From assembly GCF_001194135.2 (NCBI RefSeq), contig NC_068987.1, positions 25,886,546-25,950,545 of the forward strand: DNA of 64,000 bases. Direction: 5' to 3'. The notes beneath the pieces were generated by a model, which worked only from the letters and a program-made list of their open reading frames with translations, searched no databases and was not told the DNA's origin. Numbering within the stretch: position 1 is the stretch's first letter; each line of letters starts with the position of its first letter. Positions 25,481-37,449 of this stretch are shown piece by piece. Position numbers and translations under genes: made by a program. Origin of the DNA: Octopus bimaculoides. Lineage: Eukaryota.

Positions 25481-25830
25481 CTCCCCTCCACGAACACAAA
25501 CATCCATTAGACTCTCATTTTATTTCCTTTACATCCTCTCCCGCTCTTCTTCATCTCTTTTCCACCAAAACCACGCACCACACACCACCACTACCACCAC
25601 CAACAACAACCATCACCACCACTGTCTGTACCTCACATGCTCTTATGTCACCAGGTTATGATCTTTAAACAAAAATGGGACGCATTTCCTATAAAAGTTT
25701 CCACGCCTCATACCGGACCCAACACTAACCCACAATTATTGACATTTATTTTTCTCCTATAACGTCAGCAAACCGGACGGATGCAGGTGTGTCCCATTCG
25801 TTGTGCCAGGCAGTCCCTCTCTGATCAGCG

Positions 25831-25870
<40 letters not shown>

Positions 25871-27619
25871 AAGAAAGAAAGAAAAAGAAAAGTCAACAAC
25901 AAAAAAAAAGAAGAAAGAAACGAAGTGCACCAACAAAAAAGAACAAATTATTTATTGCAATAAATGAATGAATAAAGAGATGTCATTCGCTGCTGTTGGA
26001 AATTCTATGAAAAGCTAGTGAATATAGAACTATAAGCCAATGTCCTGTACCACTTAGTGAAACACTCAAAATGAAGTTGGTCATTGGTTGAATATCGCTA
26101 CTGTTGTTGTTGTTGTTGTTCCTCTCTCTTTGCTGTATAATTATATCTAGTTAACATATTTAATGCTTCCTGCATTAAATGTGTTAAGTCTAACTCAACG
26201 ATTTGTTTTTCATGTCCATAGAATCTAGTTGTTTATTTCCCGAATATTTTCTACGTTCAACGTACGCCTACTTCTCTTGTCTTCTTTATCTTGTTTCAGT
26301 CATTGGACTACGACCATGCTGTAAATACATACACACACACACACGTGTGTGTGTGTAGTATGTATGTATGTATATATATATATATATATATANNNNNNNN
26401 NNNNNNNNNNNNNNNNNNNNNNNNNNNNNNNNNNNNNNNNNNNNNNNNNNNATATATATATTTATAATTTTTATTCCACAGAAGTTACACAGTGACTCAA
26501 GGGCTGAGAGTTTCATTCGTGGTACTTATCAAACTTGTCAAAAGCAGAAATCCAATCTACTGTATCAAATCCCTGAATTGTGAAGAATATATATACATAT
26601 ATATATTGGCTAGCCTGCAAACTCATTATCGGGACGTACACGAGTACGCTGCAACAAATTTGGAACTATGATGCCCGTAAGATCCCATTAAGCAATCAGT
26701 TAGAATCGTGCAGTAAGAAACTAGTTTTGATATACCCATTTTATAAACTTTACAATTCAAGTGAAGTTAGAAGAGAGATGATGGTGGGATGAGAGTTACA
26801 GAGAGGATGGGGTGACACTATTTTCAGTCTTACAATTCACCACCGCCAGCAGCTACTTATGGGCGAAGAACCTATCCAAAATTGTTTGTGACACATCACC
26901 TTTGAACAACCTAATGTAGGAACTGAGCTTATTGCAAACTTCTCTTGTAATTTTAATATTACATTCACAAATAAGGTTGTTATCAGCAAAACCTTTTAAA
27001 TACCATAAATTTAGCAACATTCTTTCCAGTAAATTTGAGTGGAACTGGTAGAATTTCGGTTTTCTCCTCAGTATTTTCAGATTGCTTTTCTTCGGTCAAT
27101 ATCAGTTTCCTATTAAATGAACTTACTGTATTGGCCGCTAGCAACTCATGACTTCTTCAGACCCTTCCCATTTGAAAGTTTATCTTATCATTCCAAGTTT
27201 GAGATAGACTTTCTTTTCGTGGGAAACTTATAAAGTCATGGATACAGTTTGGCCATATATTTTCCTAGCATCATTCATAGTTGAGGTTTCACTCCATCCC
27301 ATGATTTGGCTTTATTATTCACTGCATCCACTATGTTGAACTTCTTCCCGAAGTCTTAAATTGTAGGTTCATCCTCCCTATCAATTGCTTTCATAAATTG
27401 TTTGAAAGTTCTTTTCAGATAATACACCTTAGAGTTAGCTGTCATACCTCGATCTATTGGCTGAAGCAAAGAAGTTGTATTTTTGGAAATATATTCTTCT
27501 CTCACATTATCAGAAAGCTCATTTAATCTCATTCAGTTGCTTAGTGCATTGTCTAAAATGCGTAAAGTTTTGATGGAAATACTACGACTGGCACTGTACT
27601 ATTCTACAACTGAACAAAA

Positions 27620-28327
<708 letters not shown>

Positions 28328-28930
28328 TGAACAAAAATGTCTGTTAACTACCCTTCGAAAGGGCGTTTAATCATCCATGCCTTCTTATTTAAACGCCAGA
28401 TCAGAGGCAAACAAAACTTTGCATAAATTCTGAAAATCATACTTGAGTAAGAGCTTCAATTTCATATCACCAGCAGCATTTCGTCCCAGAAGTGTCAGGT
28501 GAATTCTGAAAGCTTTAAATCCTGGTGTTGATTTCCTTCTCGAGAAACAAGAGTTCTAGTTGTCACGAGGTTCTTAAAGAGCGCAGTTTCATTACAGTTG
28601 TTTACTTTCTCTGAGGTGCAGCCCCTCCAGTTATCATTTTTTTCAGCTGCTCATGAGAATTAGTAGCAGCTTTTGTGTATTACTAGTAACTTCAGTTGTT
28701 AATTTTATGCTGTGTAAATTCAAGGGCTTCTTAAACCTTTCAAGCGTGGCCCTACTAACCAGAAACTGGATTTTCATTAGAAACTCTACCTTCTATCTAT
28801 CTATCTATCTATCTATCTATTACACACACATACATATTTATACATGCATACATACATACACGCACGCGCGCGCGCACATACACACACACACACACATATA
28901 TATATATAAATATATATAGGCGCTATAAGT

Positions 28931-29280
28931 GCAGGAGTAGCTGTGTGGTAAGTAGCTTGCTTACCAACCACATGGTTCTGGGTTCAGTCCCACTGCGTGG
29001 CACCTTGGGCAAGTGTCTTCTACTATAGCCTCGGGCCAACCATTGCCTTGTGAGTGGATTTGGTAGAGGGAAACTGAAAAAAGCCCATCGTATATATATA
29101 TGTATGTATATATTTGTGTGTCTGTGTTTGTCCCCCCAACATCGCTTGACAACCGATGCTTAGCGGTTCGGCAGAAGAGGCGGATAGGTTTACAAAGAAT
29201 AAGTCCTGGGGTCGATTTGCTCGACTAAAGGCGGTGCTCCAGCATGGCCGCAGTCAAATGATTGAAACAAGTAAAAGAGT
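28931..29280 (+). mobile_element. SINE family B, near full-length
   Basis: GCAGGAGTAGCTGTGTGGTAAG head to ...GAAACAAGTAAAAGAGT tail; short internal deletion. Confidence 0.85.
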
Positions 29281-29389
29281 ATATGCTTTCACCATCTCCA
29301 CTATCTCTCATCAAAACAAACAGCATCTACATCGAAACAAATACAGATATTAGTAGAGAGACCTCGAACCAAATAAATTGTATGCCTTG

Positions 29390-29645
29390 TGTTGTATTTC
29401 CCTCGGAAGACTCGCAGAGATAACACAACGAGTTATACAATTTAATTATTACATTTATTATTCAATTACATACAAAGAACGCACTCACCCAATGTTCGTT
29501 GTGTCAATAAACAAAAGTCATGTCCGCCATATATATATCAATGACATTTTTACTACGACAGTCACACACGACAACAACAATGAAACAATGAACTCAGACG
29601 AACCACAGTGACACACGGAACGTCAGACGAATTACATATCTAACA
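29390..29645 (-). mobile_element. Candidate solo LTR
   Basis: TGTT...AACA termini; TATA-like and AATAAA on the minus strand; no convincing TSD. Confidence 0.4.
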
Positions 29646-29924
29646 GTCCATATAACACCTTGCTTGCCATGTTTGCAGTGTGAGCAGATTCCTAGTTAGT
29701 GTTGTTTATCTCCAAGTCCGTTCTTATCGATAGGACTTACGATGAAAAGTATTCCTATCATGGCCGTCTCAACTTTTTACCATGTTACATATAAACAATG
29801 TACTCTTCGGTTTAAGGAAAATTAGACGTAAAGGCTACTTCAAAGCTTCAGATTTCCTGTTCTCCTTAACAAGAAACGATTGTCGGGATCAAAGCTTAGA
29901 CTGCAGTTTATGAATATAGATATG

Positions 29925-30200
29925 TGTTCAGCTACCAGCCCAGGCTCCGCTGCTCGTCAGGCTGAGAAAAGCAAACTGTCAAAGTATCGGTCGCTCTCTG
30001 ACAGGCTTATGGTCGAGCCTGCAGCATTGGAGACCTCCAGCGTTCTCGGTCCCCGGACCATATCCCTATGGTCACCGCTATCAGAGCAGAGATGGCTATC
30101 CGCAAGTTCGAGGCCCATGAGTCAGGGTGGCTGTTCCAGCGTATCTCCCTCACCCTCCTCCAGGGAAACTGCCTTTTCCATTTCGTCTGCTGGGACCATG
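29925..30200 (+). mobile_element. CRE-like non-LTR retrotransposon, restriction-like endonuclease C-terminus
   Basis: AARQAEKSKLSKY...EPAALETSSVLGP...ESGWLFQRISLTLLQGN matches the AExxKxxKY / P.A.ET.G..G / QR.S....RGN pattern. Confidence 0.7.
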
Positions 30201-30437
30201 AGACGGTCTGAATTATAGGAAATCGAGAGAATGTAAGATATGAGCATTCTGTTATTTAGATTCAATCATTTCTTTTTATATGACTCAAATAGAAAGAGAA
30301 ATAAGAAACCTGCTAGATAACGAAATGCTATTGCGTTCACCCTCATAGATACATGGAAATACAGTTTCACTCAGATATTCACCATTATATTATTTAATAG
30401 AGTAAAAAAGAAAAAAAATACCCGCGACCGTTGTTAA

Positions 30438-30715
30438 CCGTTTGGTCATTGCATCCCTCAAAAATATTATGCTTCTCGAAATTGGATCTTTTCTGCTTGG
30501 CTTTCATTCTTCAATTCCTTTAATTTTGTTCTAGTTGATTTCAAATTTGCTGTATTGATGTAGATTTGCATATTAATTATATAAATGAAATTCATTTTGC
30601 CATAAATTAATAAATAAAAAGCTAATAGCTTTTAAAATTTGCAAATTTGGAGTAATTTTAGCCAATCGTAAGCCAGACACGTTGGTGACTGTTTTCATAG
30701 TTACACACCAAACGG
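30438..30715. mobile_element. Candidate TTAA-type MITE
   Basis: TIR CCGTTTGGT / ACCAAACGG, flanked by TTAA and TTGA. Confidence 0.45.
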
Positions 30716-30899
30716 TTGACTGCTTGAAACTATTAAACCACTACGTACCAATATTCTGAACTTACGTCTTTGAATTTTCGGTACAAAAAGAAAAAGTATT
30801 TTTAATGGGCTCTCAGCCCATTAATTTAATGTAAGATTCGATCATCAGTTTAGTGATGGTATCGCCAGTATGGTGAGTTCTCCATCTTTGTAGCTTGTT

Positions 30900-31130
30900 A
30901 TTTCTTTACTACCCACAAGGGGCAACACACAGAGGGGACAAACAAGGACAGACAAACGGATTAAGCCGATTATATCGATCCCAGTGCGTAACTAGTACTT
31001 ATTTAATCGACCCCGAAAGGATGAAAGGCAAAGTCGACCTCGGCGGTATTTGAACTCAGAACGTAGCGGCAGACGAAATACCGCTAAGCATTTCGCCCGG
31101 CGTGCTAACGTTTCTGCTAGCTCGCCGCCT
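30900..31130 (-). mobile_element. SINE family A, young full-length copy with 15-bp TSD
   Basis: TCTTTGTAGCTTGTT at 30885-30899 and 31131-31145. Confidence 0.92.
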
Positions 31131-31674
31131 TCTTTGTAGCTTGTTGCTACACGGCGGAGTGGTCACAGTCTGGTTGACGACGTCAGCGGTGGTATCAAGA
31201 ATGAGTCCTGGGGTCGATTTGCTTGACTAAAGGTGGTGCTTCAGCATGGCCACAGTCAAATGACGGAAACAAGTTGAAGAGTAAAGAGTAACGTTTTTCT
31301 AATTTGCAATGGAATTATTTTGTTCAAGGGAAATAACCCTAGTTGTAAGAATAGGCAAATGATAAAGCCAGTTTCTATTGTCTCCCTTCCGTAGTTTTTT
31401 TTTTTTTTTCTGGTTTCAAACATTAACTGTTGCTAAGTTACGGTGGGGAGGAGGAGGTAACCGCGTTCACGCAGTTCAGTCAATCATTTATGCCGACTCC
31501 AATATTTAGTCTGGGAATTAGTTATCGATTGGCAGAATCGTTAGAACGTCGCACAAAATGTTTGCGACACTTATTCTTTCCGAGTAGAGATTCAAGCCAA
31601 TATATTTAACTAATAACCCCATTCCCTGAATGCTTTGTGTCTATTTAGAAATCATGATTTACTAACAAAATTTT

Positions 31675-32197
31675 GACCGGAATTCTGGTTTAAGCATCCC
31701 ATAAAATCTCCAATAACTTTTTCTTCATTTTTTGGAATTTTCAGAAAATTTTTGCAAATTTGTGTTTTGCACACGAGAATTCACACGATTTTGCAAAAAA
31801 AAAAAGGGTGGGTGTGTGGGTGTGATTTAAAGGCGATTTAGCTGTAATTTTTACCACATCTCACGGCCACTTTGTTTGTTTGTCACTCTGACATGTATTG
31901 ATGTTTTTCAATATTTTTCTCCCCATAAACACATTTAACAGAATGATGATGTACCCAACGGTGATCCGTTGCTAAGATTGAAGCAAAAATTCGGACTGTC
32001 CGTATTTTAAACTCTGGTTTAAAAAACAATTCGATAAGGATTAGAAATTTTTGGATTTTATGGGGCGGAGAATAAAAGAAAGATTTTTTTTTTATGCTCG
32101 TAAGAGTCTCTGCATGTAGAAAATATATTCGCAAAAATTTTTAGAAAATTAAGAAAAATAAAAAAAGCAAAGAAGTGCCTAAACCAGAATTCTGCTA
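31675..32197. mobile_element. Fold-back MITE with long imperfect TIRs
   Basis: GAATTCTGGTTTAAGCA (31680-96) / TGCCTAAACCAGAATTC (32176-92), plus subterminal inverted A/T tracts extending to about 100 bp. Confidence 0.65.
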
Positions 32198-32499
32198 ATC
32201 TTTGTCGCTATAATGAAATATGTGTCGAATAATAAGACTTATTCAATAATCTTGTGTCGAAGATGGGAATGGAAATAACAAGTTTTAAAAAGTTACTTCC
32301 CTTTACACACACGTGCGCCTATTCCTGTAGAGGTAGCCGCTAAATTTTCCTTGTATAACATTCCGCCACCTTAAAATAAGAAGAGCTTATTGGATATAAG
32401 AAAAGCCCTAAATGCAACTGTCTGGAAAAAGATAAGGTGGCTTTGGCTAAATTGTTATTAACCAAAGGCTTTTATTAATCAGGGCTGACCTACACCGAA

Positions 32500-32806
32500 A
32501 CTATAGCAACACCATCACTAACATATATGCACATTCCGCCCACCCGGCATAATATGAGATAAAAAAAAAATAGGGATAGACGGTTGCTAAATTGCTCCAA
32601 CTAAACATCTTTAAAAACTGAAATGATTAAGAAATAAATTAAGTTTTTTAAAGTAAATAAATCAAAGACTTTTGCATAATCGTTCTTGACTGGTACTCTT
32701 CATTCTATGAAGATCAAGTTTGGTCTATAAACTGTATGTTTGAGCACGAAATGTCTTCCGACTGAGAGGAATTGTTTTTGTGTGGTTTTTGTGATATTTT
32801 CGTGCT
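32500..32806 (+). promoter_or_regulatory. Probable ZRSR2 promoter / 5' UTR
   Basis: Non-repetitive sequence immediately upstream of the first ATG, with a GC-box CCGCCC at 32536-32541. TSS not determinable. Confidence 0.3.
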
Positions 32807-32883
32807 ATGGATATATCGAAGGAAACTTTAACTAGTTTGATTGGGCCGTCGGCTGATACTTTTATACAGGGAAATAAAATGAG
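32807..32883 (+). CDS. ZRSR2: ZRSR2 exon 1 (coding part, MDISKETLTSLIGPSADTFIQGNKM-S)
   Basis: ATG at 32807, open for 25 codons + AG, then donor GTAAGC at 32884. Phase 2 joins exon 2 to give M-S-H-K. The start codon is not confirmed by homology. Confidence 0.75.
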
Positions 32884-33365
32884 GTAAGCATTTACAAAGA
32901 TTAAATATTTGCAACGTCTGAAAATTGAAATGAAATTTCGTTGAAAGATGCATCATGTATTTAATAATAAATATTGTGCTTGACAGAATCGATGGAGCGC
33001 TGGATCGAATGTTTTGCAGTATTTAACTATATCCCTCTATGTTGTTGATTTAAACAAAGTTACCTCTACCTTTCAGATTTGCGGTGTCGTTAAATAAACT
33101 TGTAACCATGTGCTGGAGTCGATTAAATAATCGGATTGCGTTCTCTCACTGAAATTTGTGGCATTGTGCTTATGTGAGAGACATCACTGTTCGATATTTA
33201 TTTTCGAGGAAATGGGGAGTGTTTCACGTACCAAAGCCCAAATATTGCTTACCTTTATTTTGAGAGAAAAAATATTTTGAAACAATATCAAAAATAGCAT
33301 TCATTTTGAGATGTGATGGTGTAAACGGAAACTTATAAACAACTCTTTAAAAATATATTATTTTA

Positions 33366-33499
33366 TAAAGAATAAAAAGTTTAGAATGGTACAACAATGC
33401 ACTATAAAACAAAAAATGGACTATATACCTGTTGTAATTTGGTTATTTATTTTTGTTTTATAGTGCATTGTTGTACCATTCTAAACTTTTTATTCTTTA
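33366..33499. repeat. Perfect 50-bp inverted repeat, 34-nt spacer, in ZRSR2 intron 1
   Basis: 33366-33415 is the exact reverse complement of 33450-33499. Confidence 0.95.
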
Positions 33500-35596
33500 C
33501 AAACAATACACAATGCTTCAAGCGAACTACAATACAATCCTATATTATTTTACGTTCTAATGAGGTATAAAAGAAATACTTACGAGTTCATTTGAAAAAT
33601 CATATTTAAAACGAGAAAGAAAAAAACTTGATGTAACCTAGAAGTATTTAATTCCAACATTAATTAAAAGATATATGACTCTAACGCCAAATGTAACGGT
33701 AAAATTGTAACAAGTAGATAGTGACATGGAGCTTTGCAAGATTAACAAGCAGATGTGTTGCATAATAAAATGATAAGTTTAAAGAGTGATATATTAGAGA
33801 TTTTATTGAATCGTTACCAAGTTTCACAACTTCGGCGAGGTGAAGTCAGTTTTGATAAAGAATCGCTTGTCAGTGCTTTGTAGAAGTCTGTTACTATATT
33901 GTGTGGGATGAAAAAGGAAAAGTACATAACCAATGAAAGCTATGTCTCTGATTCCATGGTCATAGAAAAACTATCTGCTCGTGGTCGAAAGAAGGAGAAG
34001 TTAAGTCAGAAAATTGCAGAAGAAAGAGAATCTTTTTCTCTAGATGTCTCAAATTTATACCTGTACAAAATTGAAACCAAGTCATGGACAATGGAATAAG
34101 ATGTGCTGTCTAGATTGAACTCTGTATCACCTGAGATGGTGGCAAATTTGACAGGTTGAACTAATAAATTCTAAGTGCAAATCCCAAGAACAATGAAACT
34201 AACATTCAGTTCTTGGTTAGGGATCCAGTTTGTATTTCTTACTGATGTAGAGATGTATAAGACTCAGCTGGAATTTGGAAAGATGCAATATCCTGGCTGT
34301 TGTTTCATTTTGTCACACCACAATAACTTGAAAATGTAAATGTGTGATTAAAACTTAAGTACTCCACATTCTTTACAATATGTGTGTCTCCTTGTCTTGA
34401 TATTGTATGATTGTTGTAAATGAATGTCACTGTCATAGAAGCAGTGTTTTTCATTCCAATCTTCTGTGAGAATGCAAGATCATGGGGAAATATTACCTTC
34501 TTTGGAGACAGGTGAGGGTTGGCAGCAGAAAGTGCATCCTGTCATGGAAAATCTGCCTCAAACTCAGTTCGACCCATGCAAGCATGGAAAAATGGACACT
34601 AAATGATGATAGTAATACAATTCGTTTTATCTAGAATTTTACTGATTCTGTAATTATTATTGTAATGACCAAAGTTTATGATCCAAAAGTAACTCCCTTA
34701 GTTGAATACTAATCGCCTCTGTCTGTGTTCAATGTTTCCAATCAGTTTATCTTTCTACAAATGTGCCTTATCTCATATTCCCATATTGGCTCTTGGTCAG
34801 ACTTGCATAGAAGTGTAGTAACCAAAACTACAACTGTCACTCAGAAGCAAGTATGATCTGGCTGTGTGTACCATGCTTTTGCTAATTATTTTAGGTGTCA
34901 GTATAGTGACAAGCAGGCACAAATACCCTCTCAGATAGTCTATTGTTAACCCAGTGGGATATGGATGTGACAGCTGATAGAAGTGAGGGCTGCACTTGGC
35001 TGGTATTCATTCCAGCTGGGTTAGACTGATGCAACATGGAATAAAGTGCCTTGCTTGTCGACACATTCTGCTACCCAGTCCAGAAATTGAACCCATGACC
35101 TTTTGTTTATGAGCTCAACACTTTAACCACCTAAGATTTTCGACTGTGCTGTAAACTTTGCTTTTGCTCTTTATATAGTATATATTTAACAATTCATACA
35201 GCAGAAAACATTCCTTTATAAGATAGAAAGTTATACTTACTGGAAGAGTTAGACTCAGCACCATAAACTCAACAAAGTTCTTATTAATTTTATCAGTGGT
35301 GGCTTTTACCTGCACTTGTCAGTACTTTTCAGCTTGGTCAACATGGCTATATAACAGTTCAATACAAAGACAGTGTTGAGGGACATGATTTGAAGTGCTG
35401 AACTCTTGGCTTATTATTTGGTCCACACTCTCTGTTAATAGAAGAATTTGCAACTTTATCTCTTTTTAATTTTGAGTTAATCTGAGGAAGAAGAGGTCAT
35501 GATGCCCATAGCTCTTACTGGCCTTCAATGTATTAAGCTTAGATGCTGTTCTATGAAAAACACTTTCTTTTAGTTCCTCTAGATTAAGCTGGGATC

Positions 35597-35750
35597 ATCA
35601 TCATCATCATCATCATCATCGTCGTCGTTTAACGTCTGCTTTCCATGCTAGCATGGGTTGGACAATTTGACTGAGGACTGGTGAAACCAGATGGCTACAC
35701 CAGGCTCCAACCTGATTTGGCAGAGTTTCTACAGCTGGATGCCCTTCCTA
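35597..35750 (-). mobile_element. Family D (SINE / RTE-LINE-tail type repeat ending in (GAT)n)
   Basis: (CAT)n GTTTAACGTC...CCATGCTAGCATGGG...CAGCTGGATGCCCTTCC. Confidence 0.8.
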
Positions 35751-36130
35751 GGGGTTCAAAAAAGGAATCTCTCTCTCTCTCTCCCTCCCCCTCTCTCTCT
35801 CCCCCNNNNNNNNNNNNNNNNNNNNNNNNNNNNNNNNNNNNNNNNNNNNNNNNNNNNNNNNNNNNNNNNNNNNNNNNNNNNNNNNNNNNNNNNNNNNNNN
35901 NNNNNNNNNNNNNNNNNNNNNNNNNNNNNNNNNNNNNNNNNNNNNNNNNNNNNNNNNNNNNNNNNNNNNNNNNNNNNNNNNNNNNNNNNNNNNNNNNNNN
36001 NNNNNNNNNNNNNNNNNNNNNNNNNNNNNNNNNTTTTTGTCATGGTTTACATTCTTATTTCTTACATGATTTCAGAAGTATTTCTCTGCAAACAAATGAA
36101 ATTTTTATTTTATATTTTATATTTTATTAG

Positions 36131-36210
36131 TCATAAAAGTTGGAAGAAACTTTTAAAAAAATTAAAAAGGAAATTAAAACGGAAAAAACTTGCCCAAAAC
36201 AATAACCTTG
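36131..36210 (+). CDS. ZRSR2: ZRSR2 exon 2 (HKSWKKLLKKLKRKLKRKKLAQNNNL)
   Basis: ttattag acceptor, GTAAGT donor, 80 nt. Matches the basic N-terminal SHKKYRAALKKEKRKKRRQELA-type segment. Confidence 0.9.
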
Positions 36211-36288
36211 GTAAGTAAGAACTTGCTGACATTCTCTCTTTCTCTTTCTTTCTCTATCTCTCCTCTCTCTTTCTTTTTGTATCTCCCA

Positions 36289-36329
<41 letters not shown>

Positions 36330-36720
36330 GTGTTTATTACATCTGCTTATAAGCAGAATCATTAGGATTTGTTTATTCATTTTACATCTATATTTCCATG
36401 TTGACATAGGTTGGATGGATACTTATTTGAGGCAATATTAAGGCAACTAGATGCTCTTCCAGTTAATCATTTACCCGTTATTTAAACAAAGAATTTTCAT
36501 TCCATTAGACTTCAAAAGCTCAGATATGTTGTTCACAACGAACGTAAACATTACATCACTATTTTTTGGTTCAGATGATGTTGTGCAAAGATGCAGAAAT
36601 TCATCATTCACACACACACACACGCGCACATGAATTCAAAACTATGTGGTCAGGAAGTAAATTTCATAATTACTCAACCATATCTGCACCTATTACTATT
36701 TGTTTTGTTTTTTTTTTCAG

Positions 36721-36899
36721 AAACATGTGATAAAAGTAGCTCTGATAATGAAATTTCTGAACAAGTAAGAGAGAAAGAAGTGCAACTACAGATGGTGGCA
36801 CATGCACGCTGGTTAGAACGAGAAAGACAGGCTCAGAAGGAATGGGAACTTAGGAAACAACATGAAGAACAAGAAAGAAAACGTCGAGAAGAACAGGAT
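36721..36899 (+). CDS. ZRSR2: ZRSR2 exon 3 (coiled-coil, ...HARWLERERQAQKEWELRKQHEEQERKRREEQD)
   Basis: Poly-T + CAG acceptor at 36720, donor GTGGGT at 36900, 179 nt. Phases 1 and 0 fit the neighbouring exons. Confidence 0.9.
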
Positions 36900-36949
36900 G
36901 TGGGTATCTCAAAATTCGATAGTATTTTATTTTTCTATTTTAATATAAT

Positions 36950-37400
36950 CATCATCATCGTTTAACGTCCGCTTTCCATGCTAGCATGGGTTGGACGATT
37001 GACTGAGGACTGGTGAACCAGATGGCTACACCATGCTCCAATCTGATTTGGCAGAGAATTTCTACAGCTGGATGCCCTTCTTAACGCCAACTACTCCGAG
37101 AGTGTAGTGGGTGCTTCTACGTGCCACCAGCACAAAGGCCAGTTAGGAGGTACTGGCAGCGGCTACGCTCGAAATGGTGTATTTTACGTGCCACCCGCAC
37201 AGGAGCCAGTCCAGCGGTACTGGCAACGATCTTGCTCGAATGTCTTTTCACGTGCCACTGGCACAATTGCCAGGAAGGCAACGTTGGTAATGATTACGCT
37301 CAAATGGTGCTATTTACGTGCCACCAGCATGGAAGCCAGACAGCTGCTCTGGCAACGATCACGCTCTTAGTACTCCATTGGTACAGGTGCCATCATGACA
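36950..37400 (-). mobile_element. Family D with internal tandem subrepeats
   Basis: As above, plus repeated CGTGCCACC...CTGGCAACGA units. Confidence 0.8.
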
Positions 37401-37449
37401 ACTCTGTTATTATATTTTAATATAATAACTCTGTTATTATATTAAATAC

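Noticed and set aside
33899-34099. K/E-rich ORF as a constitutive ZRSR2 exon
   Set aside because: Exon 1 and exon 2 already join in phase and give the conserved S-H-K start; the ORF has no ZRSR2 similarity or clear donor.
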